Under the pieces are notes generated by a model. The model had not been told where the DNA came from. It ran no database searches and was given only the letters and a program-made list of their open reading frames with translations. A program made the position numbers and the translations under genes. From positions 25,773 to 89,772 of the forward strand of contig JAQVVD010000002.1 in assembly GCA_028699155.1 (NCBI GenBank): a stretch of 64,000 nucleotides of DNA, read 5' to 3'. The DNA is from Candidatus Peribacteraceae bacterium. Lineage in GTDB: Bacteria > Patescibacteriota > Gracilibacteria > Peribacterales > Peribacteraceae. The first letter of the stretch is position 1, and each line of letters opens with the position of its first letter. This document shows positions 9,701 to 17,769 of this stretch, one piece after another.

Positions 9701-9842
9701 TCGGTGGATACGTCTTGTCCTTCAAGTCAAAGGTCGCGGCTTGTGCCGTATTTGCCAGGGGTACTCCTGCCAGAGTCCCGCCCAACACAAGGATGAGTGT
9801 TCTCTGGAGGATGGCGGCTCTGATTCCACGGCAGTGTGCCAT
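6777..9842 (-). CDS. large secreted hypothetical protein, 1021 aa, Cys-rich N-terminal third (operon gene 1)
   Basis: Signal peptide ...LILVLGGTLAGVPLANTAQAAT. About 17 Cys between residues 60 and 400. Long acidic/helical C-terminal part. First gene after the 215-bp intergenic region 9843-10057. Confidence 0.8.
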   Translation of the reverse strand: MAHCRGIRAAILQRTLILVLGGTLAGVPLANTAQAATFDLKDKTYPPNTFQNVEQSVSALQSYINQAQCGGWNVEKSAEETIADVSGLPGREGDPFALITLGMAEREETGQLLNDGYQFPDRYNVLGWTTACRPGNPPYYVDTSSKTPCANPNECQQLCARINRWQYPKWQCVKIDYEGNVSVTYPRKECQEHTGNNPRDEPSRPPEANSQDCNGGVTFVGWFYCCTNVLVTQLNYEACNEGGSACLSHPDANRNCLRCEGDGAAVDPPGAIAQDSHGNTLGRMPKGNFNETGCRVGRAPSWAQIPVSDVTEGPELPNGKKRKYIQSRQYISFYRNYVAASYTRDAVKPEVPKDNNAEGGIAVRCYGRYSEFDPRLRIVMRKDKHCVIDISRNRDISIERMRTSQIGKGETAEDMDFPDPAFGKEPQEGEMTIWRNDLEDDGGPDDVHLLEMPSKYQRATVQMTEEKPVSSGSLIRAFDETVATDPIESEKSNLKRTLVEWWQEQQTEGNKIFTPPVLRIMVPPAWSIDLDPLQPIFITKPAEEELAEWKENTLLQPIEIQLELREDLLGEIAEFLEKSLLLQVEQERIPIAVPLGSATELRALREGWCHWYKFQNKEESCENAGGDLQKLLDRLAEYADRIDDYRQLRAELSSYLAEYLKIHNEMNEHVGRWALDTMETFFAWQETRNSQAMADLKTEWEKVQAAYRHFHDDTNLQWCRNDRFTTPIYSLLDPWMPGRPNLKNDALLENGYPDETKRLPTLQGMLSPDLVFDLTRLHLATGAIAIPVLEPIQISYNADALRPPSDHNPDPPFPKLQPLPPIPSIADDIGEKVPEVEVGRNLPPMVQAPDWPIDIAKTKEQMVKIREVIEEMDEEYAVFWKTLHEVKDQKELDCASPNSGRCRHVEVDLIERFTRIGARPAVLLKEDFLSAGEFRKPLECQKEDWACVLLNPQQTFAKAGWEIGYPPEEEQEKFIGRLRSEMIEQSLTRSINLQSPPAEVVVSFDIPVEIVLLFAPSKEER

Positions 9843-10057
9843 GGTTGCTATAGTACTAAAAAAATGGCTAGTTTAAGCTATAACGCCTCTTGACGGATAG
9901 TCGCTTGCGATTGCAATCTTCATTTGTCCGGCAATATCTTCTTCTGGGGTGCAACTCATTTCGTTTTGTCATAACGAGGCATGCGGTGTACATTCGTTCA
10001 CATCTGCGGTAGGACATTTGTTCGAGGCATCCTTTACTTCCATCCCCCATTCGTCGC

Positions 10058-10930
10058 ATGTATTCCTATAACCGCGTTCACATCATCGGCTATCAGACGC
10101 AACCCGTTGAGCTTCGCCAGACGCCCAGCGGAACCAGTGTTACTGATCTGAACATTGTTGTTCCCTATGCGTTCACGTCGGAATCAGGCGAGCAAATTAC
10201 AGGCAAAGCGTTCCATACCGTGACCGTATGGGGATCTATGGCAGACATCGCCGGGCAGTATATCAAGCCGGGTGCGCAGGTATTCATCGGCGGGCGTTTG
10301 CAGACGGACAGCTGGGAAGATGAGCAGTCCGGCGAGAAGCGATCCAAAACGAAAATCGTTGCCATGGATATGATTTTGCTCGATCCAAAAGATGGACAGT
10401 TGCCCGCTGAGGAGGGTGCATCCATCATACATGGCATTAACCGCGCTGAAATCGTCGGGAATATCACGCGCGACCCGGAAGTCCGCACGACGACAAGCGG
10501 GCAACAGGTCGTGTCGCTCGGCGTTGCTACCAATGATCGTTGGCGCGATAAAGCCAGCGGAGAGGATCGTGAGCGTGCCGAATTCCACAATGTCGTCGTG
10601 TGGGGCGCTCTGGCGCAGCAGGTCAGCCAGCATATGAAGAAGGGCTCTAGAATTTACGCTACGGGTCGCGTGCAAACCCGGAGCTGGGAAACGCAGAGCG
10701 GAAGCAAGCGGTACACGACAGAGATTATTGCCGAAGATCTGGCTCTGTTGGGCGTGGCGCATTCCGGAGTCGTGGATGCCATCCAATCCTCCGGAGCGCC
10801 TGTTCGTGCGGCATCCAAAACAAGTGGCGCGGCTCCCCAACACGCCTCGGGCGCAGAGCCCGTCCCTGTTGGCTCTGTTCCGGAAGTGAAGTATGAGTCA
10901 GAGGTGAAAGTGGAGGATCTGCCGTTCTAA
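10058..10930 (+). CDS. ssb: single-stranded DNA-binding protein with two tandem OB folds
   Basis: Two SSB-like OB units in one chain (YNRVHIIGYQTQPVELRQTPSG...RLQTDSWED and INRAEIVGNITRDPEVRTTTSG...RVQTRSWET). Low-complexity tail ending in an acidic tip, VEDLPF. Confidence 0.85.
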   Translation: MYSYNRVHIIGYQTQPVELRQTPSGTSVTDLNIVVPYAFTSESGEQITGKAFHTVTVWGSMADIAGQYIKPGAQVFIGGRLQTDSWEDEQSGEKRSKTKIVAMDMILLDPKDGQLPAEEGASIIHGINRAEIVGNITRDPEVRTTTSGQQVVSLGVATNDRWRDKASGEDRERAEFHNVVVWGALAQQVSQHMKKGSRIYATGRVQTRSWETQSGSKRYTTEIIAEDLALLGVAHSGVVDAIQSSGAPVRAASKTSGAAPQHASGAEPVPVGSVPEVKYESEVKVEDLPF

Positions 10931-10950
10931 TCCTTCATCTTTCTTCTTTC

Positions 10951-11835
10951 TCATTGGGCGCATTCCGCGTTTCCTGTCGTGGAACCATCCTGCGAATACA
11001 GCCGCATTTCCACATCCAACGGTTCCACGACAGCAGTGCGAATTTCCCGGATGGCACGTTCCACATCACAGAATGTCGCTTCTCCCGTATTCAGGAGAAA
11101 ATTCGCGTGCTTCTCGCTGACTTGTATCCCTCCAAATTTTTCTCCTTTCAGATTTGCACGATCAATCAGTTGCCATGCCGGCGTTTTTCCTACGGCCTTG
11201 AAGCATGAGCCGGCAGTTTTTCTATGAGGTTGCGTCTCCATGCGCTTTCGCAAGAGACGCTCTATATCTGCCTGCACTTCCTTTGCCGGGCGCCGTGGAA
11301 CGCGCAATGTGGCGCGCCAGATAATTGGTGCCCCTTTCATCTCTTTGAATACGCTTCCGCGGTACGAAAACTCGCAATCTTCCCGTGAAAACGTTTTCCA
11401 TTTCCCCTCTACAAATACCGTTACGGATTGCACGAATGTATCCATCCACACGCCATTGGGACCCTGACCGGCATTCCCAAAAACAGCTCCTCCCACCATG
11501 CCGGGGATTCCTGTGAGTGCGGACAAATCCAATCCGTTCTCTGCGAGCTCATTCAGCAACATCGCAAGGTTCTTCCCGGCTTCCACGATTACCGTATCAC
11601 CTTCAATCTTCACATCACCTGCACCGATGCGTGCAACCAATGCATTGACCGTTCCATCCGCGAAGACCGTATTTGATCCTCCGCCCAGCACAATGAGCGG
11701 TACATGTAATTCTTGGGCTTTCCTCCACGCTTCTTCTACATCATTTTCAGATGCGATTTCGGCATAGTAACGCGCATTCCCTCCGATTCGCATAGTGGTT
11801 TTACTGCCGAGAGGAACATTCTCTTGTATCTCCAC
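10951..11835 (-). CDS. murB: UDP-N-acetylenolpyruvoylglucosamine reductase
   Basis: MurB-like sequence over the full length (TTMRIGGNARYYAEI, LGGGSNTVF, GSCFK, SEKHANFLLN). GTG start. Confidence 0.85.
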   Translation of the reverse strand: MEIQENVPLGSKTTMRIGGNARYYAEIASENDVEEAWRKAQELHVPLIVLGGGSNTVFADGTVNALVARIGAGDVKIEGDTVIVEAGKNLAMLLNELAENGLDLSALTGIPGMVGGAVFGNAGQGPNGVWMDTFVQSVTVFVEGKWKTFSREDCEFSYRGSVFKEMKGAPIIWRATLRVPRRPAKEVQADIERLLRKRMETQPHRKTAGSCFKAVGKTPAWQLIDRANLKGEKFGGIQVSEKHANFLLNTGEATFCDVERAIREIRTAVVEPLDVEMRLYSQDGSTTGNAECAQ

Positions 11836-11856
11836 GCAACCAGTTTAGCAGAGGAG

Positions 11857-12324
11857 CTACTTCTTCGAGAGCAAGCCCGAGAGCTTTTCCATCGTTTCCA
11901 GCAGCTTTTCACTCTTGTTTTTCCGCTTCATCTTCATGAGGGCGGCGGCGAGAATGGCAAGCCCCAGCAAGCCGCCAGCAATGATCAGCAGCTCACGCGT
12001 GCTGAGCGTGATCTCTAACCCAACCAGCAATACAAGCTGCAGAGCCGCGAGGACGAATATCCCGGCGAGCACACCCGTCCCCATCGTAGTGAGGACGAGT
12101 TGCGACTTATTTTCCTGTGTATCCTGCGGTGCGCTGGCGAGGCCCGTTAGCAGTTCGCTGCTCACAATGACCGCATCGTTCCCCCATTCTTTGAAGAGCG
12201 TCGTCACCTTGCGTTGCAGGACGAGCATGACGAATGTTTTAAATGAAACAGACGTCTTGCCTGCGATCACCGCCTTGCTGTCGCCTGCTTTGATTTCCAC
12301 CTCGATATCTTCATGGTTTGTCAT
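11857..12324 (-). CDS. hypothetical membrane protein, 155 aa
   Basis: ORF between gltX and murB on the same strand. C-terminal hydrophobic helices (GVLAGIFVLAALQLVLLVGL, LLIIAGGLLGLAILAAALM). Confidence 0.6.
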   Translation of the reverse strand: MTNHEDIEVEIKAGDSKAVIAGKTSVSFKTFVMLVLQRKVTTLFKEWGNDAVIVSSELLTGLASAPQDTQENKSQLVLTTMGTGVLAGIFVLAALQLVLLVGLEITLSTRELLIIAGGLLGLAILAAALMKMKRKNKSEKLLETMEKLSGLLSKK

Positions 12325-12362
12325 GGGGGCAATTCTACGTGATGTATACCATCCCTACAATG

Positions 12363-13862
12363 TCAGATCGCCTTTCTGGCTGCCTCCAGCCTTTTCAGTG
12401 TTGTTTCCCTCCCCAGCGCTGCTGCCACTTCAAATGCCCCAGGACTAAAGGGAAGGCCCGTTAATATTGCACGTAGAGGCCACAGATACTGACCCCTTTT
12501 TAGCTTTAAATGATTTAATGTTTTGTCGTAGAATCCCAAAATTAGTTTAATCTTGTTCACATTCCATTCATCATTTGGTATTGATGCGAGACGGTTAATT
12601 TGATCATCAATAATTTCAGGTAGTAGTTCTTTCGCAACTTTTTGCTTCTTGTTCGCAACAAGATCCAAATCAAATTTCGGTTCTTTGTAGAAGTAACTCA
12701 ACATTTCCGGAGCTTCTTTACAGAATGTAATACGCTCCTGGATGAGTGCGGCTTTTTGATCGAATTTTTTATCTTCGTTTGCCTCCGGGTACTTTCGTGC
12801 GACGAATGGCAGGATTTTCGCCGCGAACTCCGCCGGCGGAAATCGCCGTATCCATTGCCCCTGTAGCCAGTCCAATTTTTCCGTATCGAAGATCGCACCG
12901 CCTTTCTGCACGCGATCCAGTGAGAATCCATCAATGAGATCTTGCAGAGAGAAGAGTTCTTGAGTGGTGCCCGGATTCCAGCCCAAGAGCGCAAGAAAAT
13001 TCAGGAGTGCTTCCGGCAAGTAGCCCTTCTTGATGTAATCCTCCGCAGCCACGTCACCCTGGCGCTTGCTCAGCTTGGATTTATCTTTGTTCAGCAAAAG
13101 CGGTACGTGCGCGTAGCGCGGCTCCTTCCAGCCAAAATACTGGAAGAGTAGCAGATGCTTCGGCAGGGAGCTCAACCACTCTTCTCCACGGATCACAATC
13201 TGTATGTCCATCAGGTGATCATCCACCACATGTGCAAGATGGTAGGTGGGGAAGCCGTCACTCTTGAGCAGTACCTGGTCATCCACGGTTTTCCCCTGGA
13301 ATTCCAGTTTTCCGCGGATGTCGTCTTCGAACGTAATCAGTTGATTCGGTTCCACCTTCATGCGGATTACATAGGGTTCTCCTTTTTCGAGGCGTATGGT
13401 CACTTCCTCTTTCTTTAGCGTAAGTGAATTCTTCATGCGCATGCGCACAGATGCATCGTACCTCGGCGCGGCGATGCCATCCCGCGTCATTTCATCTCTC
13501 ATTTGGTCGAGCTCCTCCTTCGTATCGAAGGCATAGTATGCTGCGCCAATGTCTACGAGTTCTTCCGCATATTTTCTGTAGAGCGGAAGACGTTCCGATT
13601 GGATGTACGGTCCTCTGTCTCCCACCTGCGCCATTACTCCATCACGCACTATGGCTCCTTCATCAGGGTGCAGCCCTGCCCAGTGGAGCGTGTGGAGAAT
13701 ATTTTCGATTGCTCCGGGAATGCTGCGTTCCTGATCGGTGTCTTCTATCCGCAGGATGAATGCATCCTTACTCTGCTTTGCCAGAAGGTACGCATACAGG
13801 GCGGTCCGCAAGCCGCCGACATGCAGGAATCCCGTTGGTGAAGGGGCAAACCTTGTTCGCAC
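12363..13862 (-). CDS. gltX: glutamyl-tRNA synthetase
   Basis: Class I signature motifs PSPTGFLHVGGLRTALY (HIGH-type) and KLSKRQG (KMSKS-type). 499 aa. GTG start. Confidence 0.9.
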   Translation of the reverse strand: MRTRFAPSPTGFLHVGGLRTALYAYLLAKQSKDAFILRIEDTDQERSIPGAIENILHTLHWAGLHPDEGAIVRDGVMAQVGDRGPYIQSERLPLYRKYAEELVDIGAAYYAFDTKEELDQMRDEMTRDGIAAPRYDASVRMRMKNSLTLKKEEVTIRLEKGEPYVIRMKVEPNQLITFEDDIRGKLEFQGKTVDDQVLLKSDGFPTYHLAHVVDDHLMDIQIVIRGEEWLSSLPKHLLLFQYFGWKEPRYAHVPLLLNKDKSKLSKRQGDVAAEDYIKKGYLPEALLNFLALLGWNPGTTQELFSLQDLIDGFSLDRVQKGGAIFDTEKLDWLQGQWIRRFPPAEFAAKILPFVARKYPEANEDKKFDQKAALIQERITFCKEAPEMLSYFYKEPKFDLDLVANKKQKVAKELLPEIIDDQINRLASIPNDEWNVNKIKLILGFYDKTLNHLKLKRGQYLWPLRAILTGLPFSPGAFEVAAALGRETTLKRLEAARKAI

Positions 13863-13917
13863 GGTTGCATGGTAGTGGAGTTATGACTTTTCTGCACGGC
13901 AGTTTGGCCGTTGCAGC

Positions 13918-14487
13918 CTACAGATCCACATTGAATATGATCGGTTCAAGAGGTTTGTCCTGCTCATCCGTTGCTATTCTCGCAATAGCATCCACTGTCT
14001 CCATTCCATGCGTCACTCTGCCGAAGATGGTGTGTTTCTCCTGTAGCCATGGAGTTCCACCCTTTCTCTGGACGATGAAAAATTGGCTCAAATTCGAATT
14101 GCGCCCCTTATTCGCCATGGCTATGACTCCTCTGGTCATCCGCAAGTCATTCTGTTCATCCTCAAACGGCTGTCCAAAAATACTGGCTCCTCCAGTGCCG
14201 TCGCCACTGGGGTCTCCTCCCTGAATAACAAAGCCGTCAATTGCGCGATGGAATGTGAGCCCGTCATAGAATCCGCTCTTTGCCAGTTCCACGAAGTTCG
14301 TGACAGCTTTCGGTGCCTTATCTGCATACAGCTCGATTTGTATTTCGCCGAGCGTGGTCTGTATTGTTGCGGCGTATGTGCCGCTGAGAAGGGAAGTGGG
14401 ATATGCGCTGGCGGCATTGTGCATTCCCGAATCAGAAGCACACCCTGCGAGCACCATTGAGAGACCAATTAGAAGGGATCTCCTCAT
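13918..14487 (-). CDS. cyclophilin-type peptidyl-prolyl isomerase, lipoprotein
   Basis: Lipobox MRRSLLIGLSMVLAGCAS. Cyclophilin motifs FHRAIDGFVIQGGDP, GTGG, MANKG. Confidence 0.85.
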   Translation of the reverse strand: MRRSLLIGLSMVLAGCASDSGMHNAASAYPTSLLSGTYAATIQTTLGEIQIELYADKAPKAVTNFVELAKSGFYDGLTFHRAIDGFVIQGGDPSGDGTGGASIFGQPFEDEQNDLRMTRGVIAMANKGRNSNLSQFFIVQRKGGTPWLQEKHTIFGRVTHGMETVDAIARIATDEQDKPLEPIIFNVDL

Positions 14488-14492
14488 ACGTG

Positions 14493-15554
14493 CTACAGCG
14501 TAGATCCCTTCTGTTTTTTCGACAACGTTTCTTCTAGAACCCGGCAGATCCTCTCCGCTGCGTCTGGCTGGTGCAGTCGTCGTATTCTTTCAGAAAGACC
14601 CAACCTTTCCCCCTCGTCCTGTGCGACTCTTTCTAAGAGCGGGAGAAGGTTTTCCTGCAGAGCCGATTGTTGTAGGAGAATGCATCCTCCTTTGTTCGCC
14701 GCATATTCCGCATTCTTCTGCTGGTGGTCGTGTCCCACTCCCCGCAATGGAACCAAAATACCGGGGATGCCATTGGCCGCGAGCTCCCCGATGCTGCTGG
14801 CTCCCGCTCGGCTTAGAGCCACGTCTGCAATTGCGTACAAGTGTTTCAGTTCTTCTCTCACAAATGGGCGCGACCAGTATCCTGCCTGAGTATTTGCGCC
14901 CTCTTTTCCCCTTCCTGTGATGTGGATTACGTCAACTGACTTTTGCATCTCACAAAGAAGCTGCAGAACGGCCCGATTCAAGGATTCAGCTCCCTGGCTT
15001 CCCCCCATAACAAGCAGGATGGGGCGCGTGCCGGAAAAGCCGGTGATCCGCAATCCTTCTTCACGACTCCCCGATGTAGCATCAGCGCGCACAGGATTGC
15101 CGGTGTAGACGTGTTTCCCCCCGTCTCTCTCCGGCTGGAATCCCATGCATACGGCAGTTGCCCAACGGGCGGTGAACCGATTAGCATTTCCGCTCACCAC
15201 ATCGGATTCGTGCAGGATAATCGGAATCTGTCTCCAGTGCGCTGCGAGACAAACGGGTACACTCACATACCCGCCCTTACTCAAGAGAATGTCCGGCTTC
15301 TCCTGTTCTATGAGTTGAGCCGCATCGCGATATGCCAGGAAGAATTTCCACAGAAAATTCCAGGACAGTTTCGGCGCACGTACGGCAGTCCAGTCCAGAT
15401 GCTCTTTCCTTAAAAATTCGCTGTCATCCTCTCGTTCCGAGCAGACGAAATGCGCCTGCGCTCTGGGGTGAGCGCCCAGGAATTCCTGCCACACAGCCAC
15501 TGCCGGCGCGATATGCCCTATGGAACCGCCGCCGACAAAGAGGATTCTGCACAC
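14493..15554 (-). CDS. murG: undecaprenyldiphospho-muramoylpentapeptide beta-N-acetylglucosaminyltransferase
   Basis: ILFVGGGSIGHIAPAVAV N-terminus, LLVMGGSQGA, SRAGASSIGELA. Adjacent to ftsW. Confidence 0.85.
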   Translation of the reverse strand: MCRILFVGGGSIGHIAPAVAVWQEFLGAHPRAQAHFVCSEREDDSEFLRKEHLDWTAVRAPKLSWNFLWKFFLAYRDAAQLIEQEKPDILLSKGGYVSVPVCLAAHWRQIPIILHESDVVSGNANRFTARWATAVCMGFQPERDGGKHVYTGNPVRADATSGSREEGLRITGFSGTRPILLVMGGSQGAESLNRAVLQLLCEMQKSVDVIHITGRGKEGANTQAGYWSRPFVREELKHLYAIADVALSRAGASSIGELAANGIPGILVPLRGVGHDHQQKNAEYAANKGGCILLQQSALQENLLPLLERVAQDEGERLGLSERIRRLHQPDAAERICRVLEETLSKKQKGSTL

Positions 15555-15606
15555 TGTTTACAGAGTATATCAGGCTCTTTCCTGAGAATCCCCTCATTCC
15601 TGACGC

Positions 15607-16785
15607 TTACAGCTGCAGCGTTCTTCTGCTCTTTCGCCTCTCCCGCACAGCTTCCTCGGTTGAGTACATTGAAATATTCAGGAGCACTCCCACTCCCATG
15701 AGCAGCGCGAGGAGGGAAGAGCCGCCATAGCTGATGAATGGAAGTGTAATACCCGTGAGAGGGAAGAGCGAAACATTCACTGCGATATTGAGGATGGTTT
15801 GGACAGCTACCCACGTAGTGATGCCGGTTGCAACCAGGAAGCCGAATCGGTCCGGCGCCGTGCGTGCGATGTGGTACCCTCTCCACACGAAGATGCTGTA
15901 CATACCCAGGATGATCAGGAGCCGTACAAAGCCCAGTTCTTCCGCCATTGCCGCGAAGATTGTGTCTGCCTGTACCTCCGGGAGATAGCCGAATTTCTGT
16001 ACGGATTTCCCGTATCCCACCCCAAAGAATCCGCCGCTGCCAATAGCGATGAGCGCCTGTTTGATCTGGAAGCCGATTGATTCCGCAATAGATGGATCGT
16101 TCGGAGAGACGAATGCGCGGAACCGATTACGGATATAGCTCTTATTCAGGATAATTGGCAGACCAAGTATCCCCGCGATGGCTCCGCCCAGCAGCATATG
16201 GAGCACGTTTCCTCCTGCAATGAAGAACATCGTAATTGCTATTCCCGAGAGGACCAGAAACGAACCGAGATCCGGCTGAAGCGCCACAAGAATCGTGCTG
16301 ATAATCAGCAGCGTAGCGAATGGGAGAAATCCTTCCTTCATCGTGCCTACCAATTGCTCTCTTTTCTGGAGCCAGACTGCGAGGTAGAAGACGAGCGTGA
16401 GTTTCAGGAATTCCGATGGCTGTATGGAAGGCAGAAAGCCGATTCGCAGCCAGCTGTGTGCGGTTCCGTAATCTGCTCCGATGCCCGGGATAAATACTGC
16501 CATCAGGAGCAGGAGCGTTATTCCAAACAGGGGGAGCGCCAGTTTTTTCCAGGTGTGGTATGGGATAACCATAATGACGCACATTGCCGCCAGTCCGGTA
16601 AATGTATGCACCGAACTGCGAATCAAATAGAACGAATTGCCCGGGATATCGCGCACGCCCTGATCCACCAGTCGTTGTGTGATTTGGTAACTCTCAAACA
16701 CGCTGACGCTGGCGATCATCGCAAGCCCGAAGAATGCGAGAACGACGGTAATGCCGCAGAGGAGAAGGTCGAGTCGCTTGAACAA
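15607..16785 (-). CDS. ftsW: SEDS-family cell-division/elongation protein FtsW/RodA
   Basis: Ten-helix-like profile. Motifs QPSEFLKL, GSGGFFGVGYGKS, LPEVQADTIFA, TGITLPFISYGGSS. TTG start in the track, so the start is uncertain. Confidence 0.85.
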   Translation of the reverse strand: MFKRLDLLLCGITVVLAFFGLAMIASVSVFESYQITQRLVDQGVRDIPGNSFYLIRSSVHTFTGLAAMCVIMVIPYHTWKKLALPLFGITLLLLMAVFIPGIGADYGTAHSWLRIGFLPSIQPSEFLKLTLVFYLAVWLQKREQLVGTMKEGFLPFATLLIISTILVALQPDLGSFLVLSGIAITMFFIAGGNVLHMLLGGAIAGILGLPIILNKSYIRNRFRAFVSPNDPSIAESIGFQIKQALIAIGSGGFFGVGYGKSVQKFGYLPEVQADTIFAAMAEELGFVRLLIILGMYSIFVWRGYHIARTAPDRFGFLVATGITTWVAVQTILNIAVNVSLFPLTGITLPFISYGGSSLLALLMGVGVLLNISMYSTEEAVRERRKSRRTLQL

Positions 16786-16822
16786 GGGGCGGGAGACGGG
16801 AAAGAGAGATCAGGGATCGGGG

Positions 16823-17707
16823 TTAAGCGGGAATGCGCAGCTCTTTTTCTGCCTGGCGGATGCCTCTGAGAAACGCCTTTCGATGCTTCCCCGCAGTCGT
16901 TGGCAGCAACGAGGCAATCTCGTAGGCAATGCGCTTCCAGCCGTGCGGCATTCTATCGAATTCCGGCAACATCTTTGCCATGTGCACTACAGATACTCCC
17001 AGAATTTCCATGCGCCTCATAGAATCATCCATCGTGATTCTATGGTCATGCAGCGCCTTTGCTCTTGGATGGTAGTACAGCCGTATTCCTGTCGTACGGA
17101 GCCGCATGCCCCACTCCACATCTTCCCATCCATACAGAGAAACGTCCTCACGGAAGAAGTGTTTCTTCGCGAGTGCTGTTGGAAGGCTTATGTGGCTTGT
17201 ATATGTGAATTGGTGCTGTTTTTCTTCCGGGATAAACCTCTGTGAAAACTGTGCGATGGCAGGATATGCAAATTGCCATCCGCTCCGTTCGAGCCATTCC
17301 ATGACAGGCGTAATCTGCACATTTGGGTTCCAGGACGTATGTCCCAGTACCGCCGTTTTTGCGACGGTTTCGTGAGCGCGCAAATGCTCCTCGCATGCGC
17401 GCGCATCCAGGAAAATGTCATCACCGATGAAGAGGCAGTACGGGGCGCGGGCAGCTCGTATCCCGCGATTGCGCGCAACGCCCTGCTGTCGTTTCTCAAT
17501 TTCAAAAAATTGCAGCGGCACGCTCCACTTCCTTTTGGTTGCAGCTGCAACGGTTTCTTCGTCATGGCCGTCACTCACCACAATAACCTCCAGTTGTTTT
17601 GCGATCGTTTGCGATTCCAGAAAACGCAGGCACTCTACGAGCGTTTTCGGGCGCTTGTGCGTTGGGATGATGACCGAGAGGAGCGGCACGGAATCAGTAT
17701 TGCGCAT
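16823..17707 (-). CDS. family 2 glycosyltransferase
   Basis: LLSVIIPTHKRPKTL, VIVVSDGHDE, ARNRGI, FIGDDI motifs. Confidence 0.8.
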   Translation of the reverse strand: MRNTDSVPLLSVIIPTHKRPKTLVECLRFLESQTIAKQLEVIVVSDGHDEETVAAATKRKWSVPLQFFEIEKRQQGVARNRGIRAARAPYCLFIGDDIFLDARACEEHLRAHETVAKTAVLGHTSWNPNVQITPVMEWLERSGWQFAYPAIAQFSQRFIPEEKQHQFTYTSHISLPTALAKKHFFREDVSLYGWEDVEWGMRLRTTGIRLYYHPRAKALHDHRITMDDSMRRMEILGVSVVHMAKMLPEFDRMPHGWKRIAYEIASLLPTTAGKHRKAFLRGIRQAEKELRIPA

Positions 17708-17717
17708 TCATCGATAA

Positions 17718-17741
17718 GTAGTAAGAAAAATCCCTTACTAC
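17718..17741. repeat. 8-bp perfect inverted repeat in divergent GT2/tsaB intergenic region
   Basis: GTAGTAAG (17718-17725), 8-nt spacer, CTTACTAC (17734-17741). Lies within the 62-bp spacer between starts at 17707 (-) and 17770 (+). Confidence 0.5.
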
Positions 17742-17769
17742 ATGGCTCATACTCATCAATACTATTCGC

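Noticed and set aside
9843-10057. Promoter elements, or a small RNA or tRNA, in the 215-bp divergent spacer between the secreted operon and ssb (e.g. TACTAT 9 nt upstream of the 9842 ATG, and TTGACG at 9889-9894).
   Set aside because: Only weak hexamer matches were found, with no convincing -35/-10 pair at proper spacing and no conserved RNA motifs. This is too speculative without 5'-end data.
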